Assembly: GCA_965250285.1 (NCBI GenBank)
Contig: OZ252299.1
Span: 5,856,001-5,920,000 of the forward strand
Origin: Myxococcota bacterium
GTDB taxonomy: Bacteria; Myxococcota_A; UBA9160; UBA4427
Direction: 5' to 3'
Length of the DNA: 64,000 bases
This document shows, piece by piece, positions 48,565 to 57,070 of this stretch. A program made the translations under genes and the position numbers. The notes beneath the pieces are model-generated. The model was given only the letters and a program-made list of their open reading frames with translations. It was not told the DNA's origin and did not search any database. Position 1 is the first letter of the stretch, and each line of letters starts with the position of its first letter.

Positions 48565-50715
48565 CTAGTCGACCCAGCCGAGCACGTTGCGCACGATCGA
48601 CCAGCGTGGCTCTTCGACCTGCAGCTGCCGACCGCGGATCCAGTAGTCGAAGAGCTGCTCGATGGTCTGGTCTCGATGCTTGAGGTCGATCCAGGCGTCC
48701 AGCACGGCGACGAGCTCGTCTTCGCCCTGGGGCACTGCGTAGGCGATGGGCACCTCGAGCAGCGCCGGGTGGGGCACGGCGACGGCGAACTCGGGGTAGA
48801 TCAGGCTCCAGGCCGATCCGCGCTCGGCCGTGGTCACGAGGGCATCCCAGACTTCGTCGCCCTCGCTCTGCTTGAAGAAGTCACGCGGGTTGTCGAGCTC
48901 GACGACCTCCGCATTCGGGAAGAGCTCTTGCGCCTTCTTCTTGTAGTAGTCGAGTCGCGGGACCACGATCTTCGGCGCGGGCAGCGCGCGCGCCTTTTCG
49001 AGCGAGCTGAACTCGCCGCGCATGTGGTCTCGCACGACGACCGCGAGTGTCTCGTTGAGGACAGGGCGGCTCAGGCTCACGCGCTCGAGCGCCTGTACGG
49101 TGACGGGGTACCCGGTCATGAGGATGTCGATGCGCCCCGCGGCGAGGGCATCGAGCAACGTCTCGCGAGCGAGCAGGTGGAAGACCGGCTCGACCCCGAG
49201 CTCGGCGGCGAGGGTCTGCGCCATGTCGACGTCGAAGCCCACGAGGTGACCCGACTCGTTTCGGAACACGAAGGGCAGGGCGTTCGCGGTGTAGCCGACG
49301 CGTAGCTCGCCGCGAGATCGGATGCGGTCGAGCAGGTGGCGCGGGTCGGTCGTTTCTTCGACGGGCCGGGGATCCTGCTCGCCCACGCGTACCTCGGCTT
49401 CGGTCGTCTGCAGGCCACGATCGACGAAGAGCGAGTACTTCTCGTACTCGTGTCCCATCCATTCGAAGCCGGCTCGCACACCGCCCACGAAACCGACGGT
49501 GAGCAGGATCGTGATCGCTGCGAAGCGCATCACCCGCGGCCACTCGAACCGGACGAGGCCTTCGGCGGCGCACCCGGCGAGCATCGCCAGGCAGATCGTG
49601 TGCACCGCAGCGAGCAGCGCGCTGAACCGGTTGCCGACGACCTGGTCGACGATCACGAAGAGGTTGAACAGGTCGGTGGGCACCCGGAAGAGGTCGAGCA
49701 GAAACGGCACGGCAACATAGGTGCTGCCGAAGAACGTCACGACGCCGGTGCTCATGTAGGCGGGCAGCGACGCGAGGCCGATCGGAAACCCCGCCAGCCA
49801 GCCGGCGAAGGGTACGAACGCCAGCGCGAGCAGCTTGCCCGCGCTCGGAAAGTTGAACGAGCTCGGGATGATGACGTCGACCTGTGCGCCCATGTTCTCT
49901 TCGTCGCCGATGCCCGAGAGCACCTCTTTCGTTCGGCCGATCAGCAAAGAGAGCACGACGAAGAGATTGCCCGTCGCGAACGCGGTGATGAGCGCGTTGC
50001 GCATGGGGCCGAAGACCTGGCCGTACCGCAGCGGGGTCAACGTGACCACGAGCATCGGCAGGGTCCAGAGCGCGAGCAGGAGCGCCATGCCCGCATAGAG
50101 CACGACGTACACCTGCAGCCCGTCGATATCTTTGGGGTCGGTGGTGCCCGCGGCGTAGGCCGCGATGCCGAATACGCCGATCGGCGCCAGTCGAATGACG
50201 AAGTTCGTGATGCGGGATAGCGCTTCGTAGGTGGCGTTCAGCACCTCGAGCAGCGCGTCTTTCTCGTCGAGCCCGATCAGCGCAATGCCGAACGCGACGC
50301 TGAACACGACGACGGCCGGCACGACGGTCTCGGCCAGCGACGCAAACGGGTTCGAGGGAATGAAGAGCGAGAGAAAGTCGAAGGGCTCCTGCTCGGCGAC
50401 CAGGTCACTGCTGAAGAACGAAGCCGAAGGCCAGTCGGGCAGGCCGAAGGTCATGAGCACGATGCAGGTCAGAACGATGGCCCAGATCACGAGCAGGAAG
50501 GTGCCGGCCTTCACGGCGAGCACCTTGGCATCTTCGAACTGCAAGCTGCCGAGGCCGCGGATCAACGACACCATCATGAACGGCAGCACCGTCATCTGCA
50601 GCAGCAGGACGAACGCGTCGCCCAGCACACCGATGGGCGCGATCAGCTCGCCGAAGAAGAGCCCCGCGAAGATGCCGACGATCAGCGAGGTCAGGACCTG
50701 GGCGGCGAGGCTCAA
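48565..50715 (-). CDS. DAACS-family symporter fused to a C-terminal family-3 solute-binding domain
   Basis: N-terminal GDAFVLLLQMTVLP, FIPSNPF, LAPIGVF; C-terminal IRSRGELRVG, GFDVDMA; TTG start with SD GGAGG. Confidence 0.85.
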   Translation of the reverse strand: MSLAAQVLTSLIVGIFAGLFFGELIAPIGVLGDAFVLLLQMTVLPFMMVSLIRGLGSLQFEDAKVLAVKAGTFLLVIWAIVLTCIVLMTFGLPDWPSASFFSSDLVAEQEPFDFLSLFIPSNPFASLAETVVPAVVVFSVAFGIALIGLDEKDALLEVLNATYEALSRITNFVIRLAPIGVFGIAAYAAGTTDPKDIDGLQVYVVLYAGMALLLALWTLPMLVVTLTPLRYGQVFGPMRNALITAFATGNLFVVLSLLIGRTKEVLSGIGDEENMGAQVDVIIPSSFNFPSAGKLLALAFVPFAGWLAGFPIGLASLPAYMSTGVVTFFGSTYVAVPFLLDLFRVPTDLFNLFVIVDQVVGNRFSALLAAVHTICLAMLAGCAAEGLVRFEWPRVMRFAAITILLTVGFVGGVRAGFEWMGHEYEKYSLFVDRGLQTTEAEVRVGEQDPRPVEETTDPRHLLDRIRSRGELRVGYTANALPFVFRNESGHLVGFDVDMAQTLAAELGVEPVFHLLARETLLDALAAGRIDILMTGYPVTVQALERVSLSRPVLNETLAVVVRDHMRGEFSSLEKARALPAPKIVVPRLDYYKKKAQELFPNAEVVELDNPRDFFKQSEGDEVWDALVTTAERGSAWSLIYPEFAVAVPHPALLEVPIAYAVPQGEDELVAVLDAWIDLKHRDQTIEQLFDYWIRGRQLQVEEPRWSIVRNVLGWVD

Positions 50716-50889
50716 CGCGCATCCTCCGGTGTGTGGGCCCCGGCGCACGTGCGCGCCCGGGCAAAGGCGGTGACCGGGATCGTCTCGGAGTGGGCGGGGC
50801 TTGGCAACCCGCTCGCCCCTGATCGACGCCGACAGTGCACGCACCCGGGGCTATCTTCGATCGTCGCTCACCCCTCGCAGGAGATGTCC

Positions 50890-51360
50890 GTGCCGATCGA
50901 AGAAGGAAGAGCCGCCCCGGCCTTCGCGCTCAAGGATCAGAACGGCGACAAGGTCGCGCTGAAGGATTTCAAGGGTCAGGACGTGATCGTCTATTTCTAC
51001 CCGAAGGACGATACGCCGGGCTGCACCAAGGAGGCCCAGGGCTTTCGCGATCTGTGGAAGAAGCTGCAGAAGAAGGGGGTCGTCGTCCTCGGGATCTCGC
51101 CGGACGGCGAGGCCGCGCATCAGAAGTTCATCGCGAAGTACAAGCTGCCCTTCTCGCTGCTCTGCGACCCCGACAAGAAGGTCATGGAGAAGTACGGCGC
51201 CTGGGGCGAGAAGATGATGTACGGCAAGAAGCGGATCGGCGTCATCCGCTCGACGGTCTGGGTCGGACCGAACGGCAAGGTCAAGAAGCACTGGGCCAAG
51301 GTGCCGAAGGCCGCCGATCACCCCGCCAAGGTCTGGGAGGCACTCGAGGCCGACGCGTAG
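50890..51360 (+). CDS. bcp: Thioredoxin-dependent thiol peroxidase BCP/PrxQ
   Basis: YFYPKDDTPGCTKEA, YGAWGEK, GVIRST. Confidence 0.92.
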   Translation: MPIEEGRAAPAFALKDQNGDKVALKDFKGQDVIVYFYPKDDTPGCTKEAQGFRDLWKKLQKKGVVVLGISPDGEAAHQKFIAKYKLPFSLLCDPDKKVMEKYGAWGEKMMYGKKRIGVIRSTVWVGPNGKVKKHWAKVPKAADHPAKVWEALEADA

Positions 51361-51418
51361 CGCCGGACGCCGCTGCGTTCGAGATCGTTCATGCTTTGCT
51401 GCGGCCGAGCACCAGGCT

Positions 51419-52414
51419 TCAAACCTCGAGCAGCTGCTTGCCGAAGTTCTCGCCCGTGTAGAGCCGGATCAACGTGCGCGGCACGTTCTCGAAACCGCGC
51501 TGCACGTCGGCTTCCCAGACGATCTCGCCGCTTTCGACCCATGCAGCGAGCTGCTCGGTCGCCTCGGCAAAGCGTGCGATGTAGTCGAGCACGACGAAGC
51601 CCTCCATGCGGCTGCGGGTGATCATCAAGTTGATGTAATTGCGCGGGCCCGGCGGCAGCTCGGACATGCTGTAGCGCTCGATCGCGCCGCAGATCACCAC
51701 GCGCGCGTTCTGGTTGATGCGACCCAGCACCTCGTCGAGGGCTTCCCCGCCGACGTTGTCGAAGAAGACGTCGATGCCGTCGGGGCAGAGCGCGTCGAGT
51801 CGCGCCCCGATCGATTCGTTCTTGTAGTCGATCGCGCCGTCGAGCCCGGCGCGTTCGACCAGCCAGCGACACTTCGACTCACCGCCCGCGATGCCGACCA
51901 CCCGACAGCCCTTGGCCTTCGCGATCTGCGCCGCGACCGAGCCCGTCGCCCCAGCCGCCCCCGAGACGACGACGGTCTGGCCGGCCTCGGGCCGCCCGAT
52001 CTCGAGCAGGCCGAAGTAGGCGGTGACGCCCGTCATGCCGAGCACCGAGAGCGCGAGCTGTGGGTCGGTGCCGGGCGCGAGCTTGCGCAACTCGGGGCCG
52101 CCGACGGCGTACTCCTGCCATCCCATCGTGCCGGTCACGAGATCGCCCGGTGCGTAACCATCGAGTCGGCTCTCGACGACTTCGCCCACTGTCATGGCGC
52201 GCATCACGGCCCCGATCTCGACGGGCGGGATGTAGTTGGGTCGGTCCTCGATCCACCCGCGCATCGCGGGCTCGAACGACATGAGCTTGTTGCGCACGAG
52301 GATCTGTCCCTCGGCGGGTGCCGGGCGCGGGGCTTCTCGCAGCTCGAAGCAGCTCTCTTCGACGCGAGCGACCGGTCGCTTCACCAGGATCCACTGGCGC
52401 TGGGTCTCGGGCAC
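51419..52414 (-). CDS. NADP-dependent oxidoreductase (MDR, prostaglandin reductase/CurA-like)
   Basis: PAMRGW, LGMTGVTAYFG, SGAAGATGS, FFDNVGG, GENFGK. Confidence 0.9.
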   Translation of the reverse strand: MPETQRQWILVKRPVARVEESCFELREAPRPAPAEGQILVRNKLMSFEPAMRGWIEDRPNYIPPVEIGAVMRAMTVGEVVESRLDGYAPGDLVTGTMGWQEYAVGGPELRKLAPGTDPQLALSVLGMTGVTAYFGLLEIGRPEAGQTVVVSGAAGATGSVAAQIAKAKGCRVVGIAGGESKCRWLVERAGLDGAIDYKNESIGARLDALCPDGIDVFFDNVGGEALDEVLGRINQNARVVICGAIERYSMSELPPGPRNYINLMITRSRMEGFVVLDYIARFAEATEQLAAWVESGEIVWEADVQRGFENVPRTLIRLYTGENFGKQLLEV

Positions 52415-52494
52415 GGCGAGGTCCCTCCTTTTCTCTATTTCGGGTCGGGGCGGCAACGGGCGATCAACGGGCCCGGGCGACCCGCGCGGCCGCC

Positions 52495-52510
52495 TTGGTC
52501 GTTTGACCAA
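52495..52510. promoter_or_regulatory. Palindrome TTGGTC-N4-GACCAA in an AT-rich promoter region
   Basis: Perfect 6-bp inverted repeat about 80 nt upstream of the oxidoreductase start. Confidence 0.5.
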
Positions 52511-52661
52511 TTCAGTTTATACAAGTGGATAAATCGTCGGGCAACCCCTCGCTGTGGCGCCGGGCCGGCTGACCCCGCACGCGCATGGCGCGGCGCTGAG
52601 GCGCGACTCAGGCGGGCGAGAGCCGGTGCATCAGCGGATCGAAGTCGCGCCGGGGCGGCGG

Positions 52662-53855
52662 CTACCAGGCGGCGGGCAGGGCGCGCGGTCCGCGCAGCAG
52701 AATGCCCCGCGGCGCGTGTGCCTCGGCGTCGATGAGACGCAGACCGGGCAGTCGCTCGGTCAGCACGCGCAGCGCCACCCGCAGGTTCTTCTGGGCGAGG
52801 TGCATGCCCGGGCACGTGCGCAGCCCGGGGCCGAACGTGAGCAGACCCTCGGGTCGGCGTTCGATGTCGAAGCGATCGGGGTCGGGGAAGACGTCTGGAT
52901 CGCGATTCGCCGCGGCGATGCCGAACAAGACCGACGTGCTCGGCTTCATCGCACAGCCTTCGAACTCGATCTCATCGTCGGGTCGGCTGAACCGCGGCTG
53001 GGCCGCGACCGGCGGACACCAACGAAGCAGCTCCTGCACGGCGTCGTCGACGCGCCCGGGCTCGTCCACGCATGCGCGCCACGCGTCGGGATGCGTGCCG
53101 AGCGCAAAGATCAGGTTGCCGAGGGCATCCGACGTCGTCGTCGCGCCCGCCGTGAAGAAGAGGCGGATGTGCGCCAGCATCTTCTCGCGCGAGACGGGCG
53201 CTCCTTCGACCTCGGTCGCCAGCCAACTGCTGATGACGTCGTCGCGTGGCTCGGCCTCGCGGGCATCGATGATCGGTTCGACGTATCGCGTGAGCAGCGC
53301 GTCGGCGGCCCGACTCTTGGCCAGGTCGCGGCCCCCGAACATCAGATCCATCGACCATTGATAGAAGTCGTCCTCGCGGTCGCGCGGCAGCCCCAGCTGG
53401 CGGCAGATGATCGCGAACGCGAAGCGGTGGCTGAACGTCGGAACGAGATCGGCGCGCCCGTCGGCTTCGATGCGGTCGATCAGCTCATGGCCGATCGGGA
53501 CCAGCTCGGCCTCTTCGAGGCGGTCGATCTCGGTGCGACGGAAAGCCGGCGTCATCGGGGGACGCCAGACGCGATGCCCGGGTGAATCCATCGACATGAA
53601 CGTCTCGCCGATGAAAGGCTGCGAGATGATCTGATACGCGTGTCCGGCGGGGAAGCGCTCGCCATCGCGGAATGCGTTGGCGAGAGCTTCGTAGCCGACG
53701 ATGTAGTGAACGGGCAGGGCGCCGCCCAGCGCGTGGACGGGCACGACCGGGCCGTGCGCGCGGAGCGCGTGCAGCCCCTCGGCGAACGCGGGGCCCGGCA
53801 TCTCGTCGTAGTACCAATCGGCTTCGAGCCAGTTGTATGACTGCGAGTCGGTCAT
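52662..53855 (-). CDS. Cytochrome P450
   Basis: ELLR (ExxR), AANRDP, FGPGLRTCPG heme motif; SD GAGGAG. Confidence 0.93.
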   Translation of the reverse strand: MTDSQSYNWLEADWYYDEMPGPAFAEGLHALRAHGPVVPVHALGGALPVHYIVGYEALANAFRDGERFPAGHAYQIISQPFIGETFMSMDSPGHRVWRPPMTPAFRRTEIDRLEEAELVPIGHELIDRIEADGRADLVPTFSHRFAFAIICRQLGLPRDREDDFYQWSMDLMFGGRDLAKSRAADALLTRYVEPIIDAREAEPRDDVISSWLATEVEGAPVSREKMLAHIRLFFTAGATTTSDALGNLIFALGTHPDAWRACVDEPGRVDDAVQELLRWCPPVAAQPRFSRPDDEIEFEGCAMKPSTSVLFGIAAANRDPDVFPDPDRFDIERRPEGLLTFGPGLRTCPGMHLAQKNLRVALRVLTERLPGLRLIDAEAHAPRGILLRGPRALPAAW

Positions 53856-54144
53856 GGGAAGCTCCTCGCGCGCGGGCCGTCGCCTGTTCGTCGCCACCGG
53901 GCGTGGGCCCGGCGCAGGCGCGTCCGCTCGCGTGTTCGGCCGCGAAGCGGGGGTTTCCGCACCCTGCGCGCGATGCATCGTGATAGGGTGCGGCAGTCTA
54001 ACCCAGCGAGGGTCGCCCACCTCGTCGCCCATCGAACCCACGCCGCACGCCCGCGATTCGTCCCTCGCCGGTGTCTCGGCGGGCTTCGTTGGCGACACGC
54101 GCCCGTGGCGCGCAGCAGCGATCCCCGCTCTCAGGAGCGCAACG

Positions 54145-56658
54145 ATGCACTCGATCCGGCGGCGGCACCTCCTTCCTCTTCTCTCGGTCTTCGCGCTGGC
54201 GCTCCTCGGCACCGAGTCGTGCGACAAGTACGGGCTCGGCAGCCCCTTCCTGTTCTTCCGAGCACCGCTCTTCCTGCAGGTCTCACTGCCCGATGCCGTG
54301 GCCGTCGATCTGCACCTGAGCGAGCTCGTCGACGTCGAGTCGCTCGAGATCTTGCTCGACGACGAAGCGCTCGATCCGGCCAGCTACCAGATCAGCGAGG
54401 GCGAAGGCCGATTCGAGATCTTCTCGCCGCTCAAGGCCGAGGCGGTTCTGTCGGGCCTCGAAGACGGTGAGCACTGGCTCGTCGCGCGGGCGACGGTCGA
54501 CTTCTTCTTTTTCGAGAAGACGCTGCATGCCGCCACGCGCTTCGACACGACCGATCTCGAGCGGCCCGACGAGTGCGAGATCCTGAACAACGCAAACTGC
54601 ACGCTGCCCTTCCCGTCGTCGCGCTTCCTCGACGATGTCGGTGACGAGACGGCCTCGGGTCGGCGCATGAACTTTCCGGTCGTCACGCTCACGGGCGTAC
54701 CGGGCCCTGAGCTCGACCCCGCACCGCTGAACCGGCTCGATGGCTTCGCGCCCACGGTGCAGATCCTCGCCCACCTCGAAGGCGTCGACCCCGAAGCGTC
54801 GGATGCTGCGCGGCTGCTGCCCGGCGTGCCGCAGAGCCCGCCCTACGTCGACGTCCGCACCCACGACGATCGCTCGCTCGACGACGACAGCCCGACCGTG
54901 CTGCTCGACGTCGAAACCGGTGAGCGGATCCTGCACTGGGTCGAGGTCGATCAGACGCCGGCCGCGCTCGCCGATGCGTCGCGACAGGTGCTGTTCATTC
55001 GGCCGGCCGTCGCGCTTCACCCCGACCGCCAGTACGTCGTCGCGCTGCGCAACATGAAGGATGCCGCCGGCGAGCTGCTCGAGCCCGAGCCGGTCTTCCG
55101 CGCCCTGCGCGACCGGTCGCCGAGTACGATCCCGGCGCTCGAGGCGCGCCGGGACGAGATGGAGGCGATCTTCGACGCGCTCAAGGCGTCGGGCATCTCG
55201 CGCTGGAATCTGCAGCTCGCATTCGGGTTCGCGACGCGCAGCGAAGAGCAGCTGCACGAGCGCATGCTCACGATGCGCGACGATGCCCTCGGTTGGCTCG
55301 CGGCGCTCGCTCCCGATGACGTCTCGGGCTTGACCGACCTCGAGGTCGACGAGCTCAGCAGCTGCGAAGGCGACTCGACGGGCACGTGGCGCAAGATCAA
55401 GGGCAACTTCCACGGCCCGAGCTACATGACGGCCGACATCGACAACCCCCTCAACGTGGCCGTCCTCAACATCGGCGCCGACGGGCTGCCCGAGATGAAC
55501 GGCACCCACCCCATCGCCTGGTCTCTCGCAGTGCCGTGCTCGGTCTATCGAGGCGAGGCCACCGGCTACCCGCTCCTGCTCGGTCATGGCTTTCTCGGCA
55601 ACGGCGAAGGGCTGGTGAACGGCTTCGCGAGCGGCGGCATCTTCGGCGCCGACGCACCGATCTCGTACATCGCCGGTGCGACCGACTGGCGAGGCCTCTC
55701 GCGAGGCTTCACCGGGCCCGACGCACTCAATATCGTGTTGAACGTGATCGGAACGGTCGACACGGGCAACCGATTCAATACGTTCGAGACGCTGCCCCAT
55801 CGCCTGCAGCAGGGTGTGGTCAATACGCTCGTTCTGTCGCGCATGATGAAGAGCGGCTTCTTCAACCGACTCGAGGCGCTGCAACGCGTGCCGGGCGATC
55901 CGTCGACCGGCGTGTTCACGCCCGACGAGGAGATGTTCTACTTCGGCGTCAGCCTGGGCGGCATCTACGGCACGATGTACGCCGGTCTCAACCAGGACAC
56001 GATTCGCCACAATGTCGTCGTTCCGGCCATGAACTTCTCGCTCTTGCAGCAGCGCTCGACGCAGTTCCCCGTGTTCCTGGCATTGCTCGAGGCGATCGGC
56101 CTCACCGACCCGATGGAGATGGCGGTGTTGCTGGGTGTACAGCACGAGCTCTGGGTCGATGCCGATCCGACGGCCTACATCCGCAACGTGACGGGCAACG
56201 TCGATGCGCCGCTGCCCAACACGCCGCCGAAGAAGATGCTCGTCACCGTGGCCTGGCTCGACAAGCAGGTGTCGAACCAGGCGACCGAGATCTTCACCCG
56301 GTCGATGGGGGTGCCGAACGTGGGTGGATCGATGCAGCAGGCCATGCCCGGCATCGAGGACATCTCGGCTGACTGGGGGGCCGGTGAACCGGGCCTCGAG
56401 TCGGGCATGCAGATCTTCGACTCGGGCTACTTCGACATCTTCGACCCGGCCTTCGACCCGGTCGTGCCGGCGCTCGCGAACCTGATCCCGAGCAGCGCAT
56501 GCGACCCCCACAACGCTCCGCTCTCGACGCCCGCGGCGATCGACCAAATTGCCGCATTCCTGCAGCCGGGTGGGCTCGTTTGGAGCTTCTGTGACGGTGC
56601 CTGCGATGCGCAGTCCGAGCACGAGAAGCCGAGCGGCGAGTGCAACCCGCTCGAGTGA
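54145..56658 (+). CDS. Large secreted alpha/beta-hydrolase-like protein with N-terminal beta-rich domains
   Basis: Signal or lipoprotein-like N-terminus, LPFPS..LNRLDGF, GHGFLG, YFGVSLGGI (GxSxG), DKQVSN, DPH. Confidence 0.65.
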   Translation: MHSIRRRHLLPLLSVFALALLGTESCDKYGLGSPFLFFRAPLFLQVSLPDAVAVDLHLSELVDVESLEILLDDEALDPASYQISEGEGRFEIFSPLKAEAVLSGLEDGEHWLVARATVDFFFFEKTLHAATRFDTTDLERPDECEILNNANCTLPFPSSRFLDDVGDETASGRRMNFPVVTLTGVPGPELDPAPLNRLDGFAPTVQILAHLEGVDPEASDAARLLPGVPQSPPYVDVRTHDDRSLDDDSPTVLLDVETGERILHWVEVDQTPAALADASRQVLFIRPAVALHPDRQYVVALRNMKDAAGELLEPEPVFRALRDRSPSTIPALEARRDEMEAIFDALKASGISRWNLQLAFGFATRSEEQLHERMLTMRDDALGWLAALAPDDVSGLTDLEVDELSSCEGDSTGTWRKIKGNFHGPSYMTADIDNPLNVAVLNIGADGLPEMNGTHPIAWSLAVPCSVYRGEATGYPLLLGHGFLGNGEGLVNGFASGGIFGADAPISYIAGATDWRGLSRGFTGPDALNIVLNVIGTVDTGNRFNTFETLPHRLQQGVVNTLVLSRMMKSGFFNRLEALQRVPGDPSTGVFTPDEEMFYFGVSLGGIYGTMYAGLNQDTIRHNVVVPAMNFSLLQQRSTQFPVFLALLEAIGLTDPMEMAVLLGVQHELWVDADPTAYIRNVTGNVDAPLPNTPPKKMLVTVAWLDKQVSNQATEIFTRSMGVPNVGGSMQQAMPGIEDISADWGAGEPGLESGMQIFDSGYFDIFDPAFDPVVPALANLIPSSACDPHNAPLSTPAAIDQIAAFLQPGGLVWSFCDGACDAQSEHEKPSGECNPLE

Positions 56659-56954
56659 GACGGCGGGCCTGACCGCCTGAGGTCGGGCCCCGAGAGCCTC
56701 GAGCAGCGTTCGAATCGGCCCGGTCGTGCATGCGACCGGGCCGATGCACGTTCGGAGCTCGCTCGCGCGTCGATCGGCCGGTCGTCGCTCCCGTCGCAGC
56801 GCATCATTGCGATGGGACGGCACTGGCCCCGGGCGACCTCCGCCAGCGCGTCGACCCGGCCCCGCCGAACGAAGCCTGCTTTCCCCGCACCCGTTCGAGC
56901 CCCCTGCTCTTCAACCGAGCTGCGCAATGACTGCCGCTCGCGCGCGTCTGCGCC

Positions 56955-56981
56955 TCAAGTCGCTTGCGGGTTCTCCGATGC
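56955..56981 (+). promoter_or_regulatory. Candidate sigma28-like promoter for the TonB-dependent receptors
   Basis: TCAA-N15-TCCGATGC about 90 nt upstream of 57071. Confidence 0.4.
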
Positions 56982-57070
56982 AGCGTGGAGCCGTTCGCGC
57001 TCTCGTCGGGTGGGGTGTGCCCCCCTGACCGGGCGTCGAGTGGCCCAATTACACCGAACCGGAGGGGCCG

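Noticed and set aside
56714..56745. 13-bp perfect inverted repeat
   Set aside because: Probably a terminator or stabiliser hairpin after the hydrolase gene; no second copy noticed to call it a REP or MITE.
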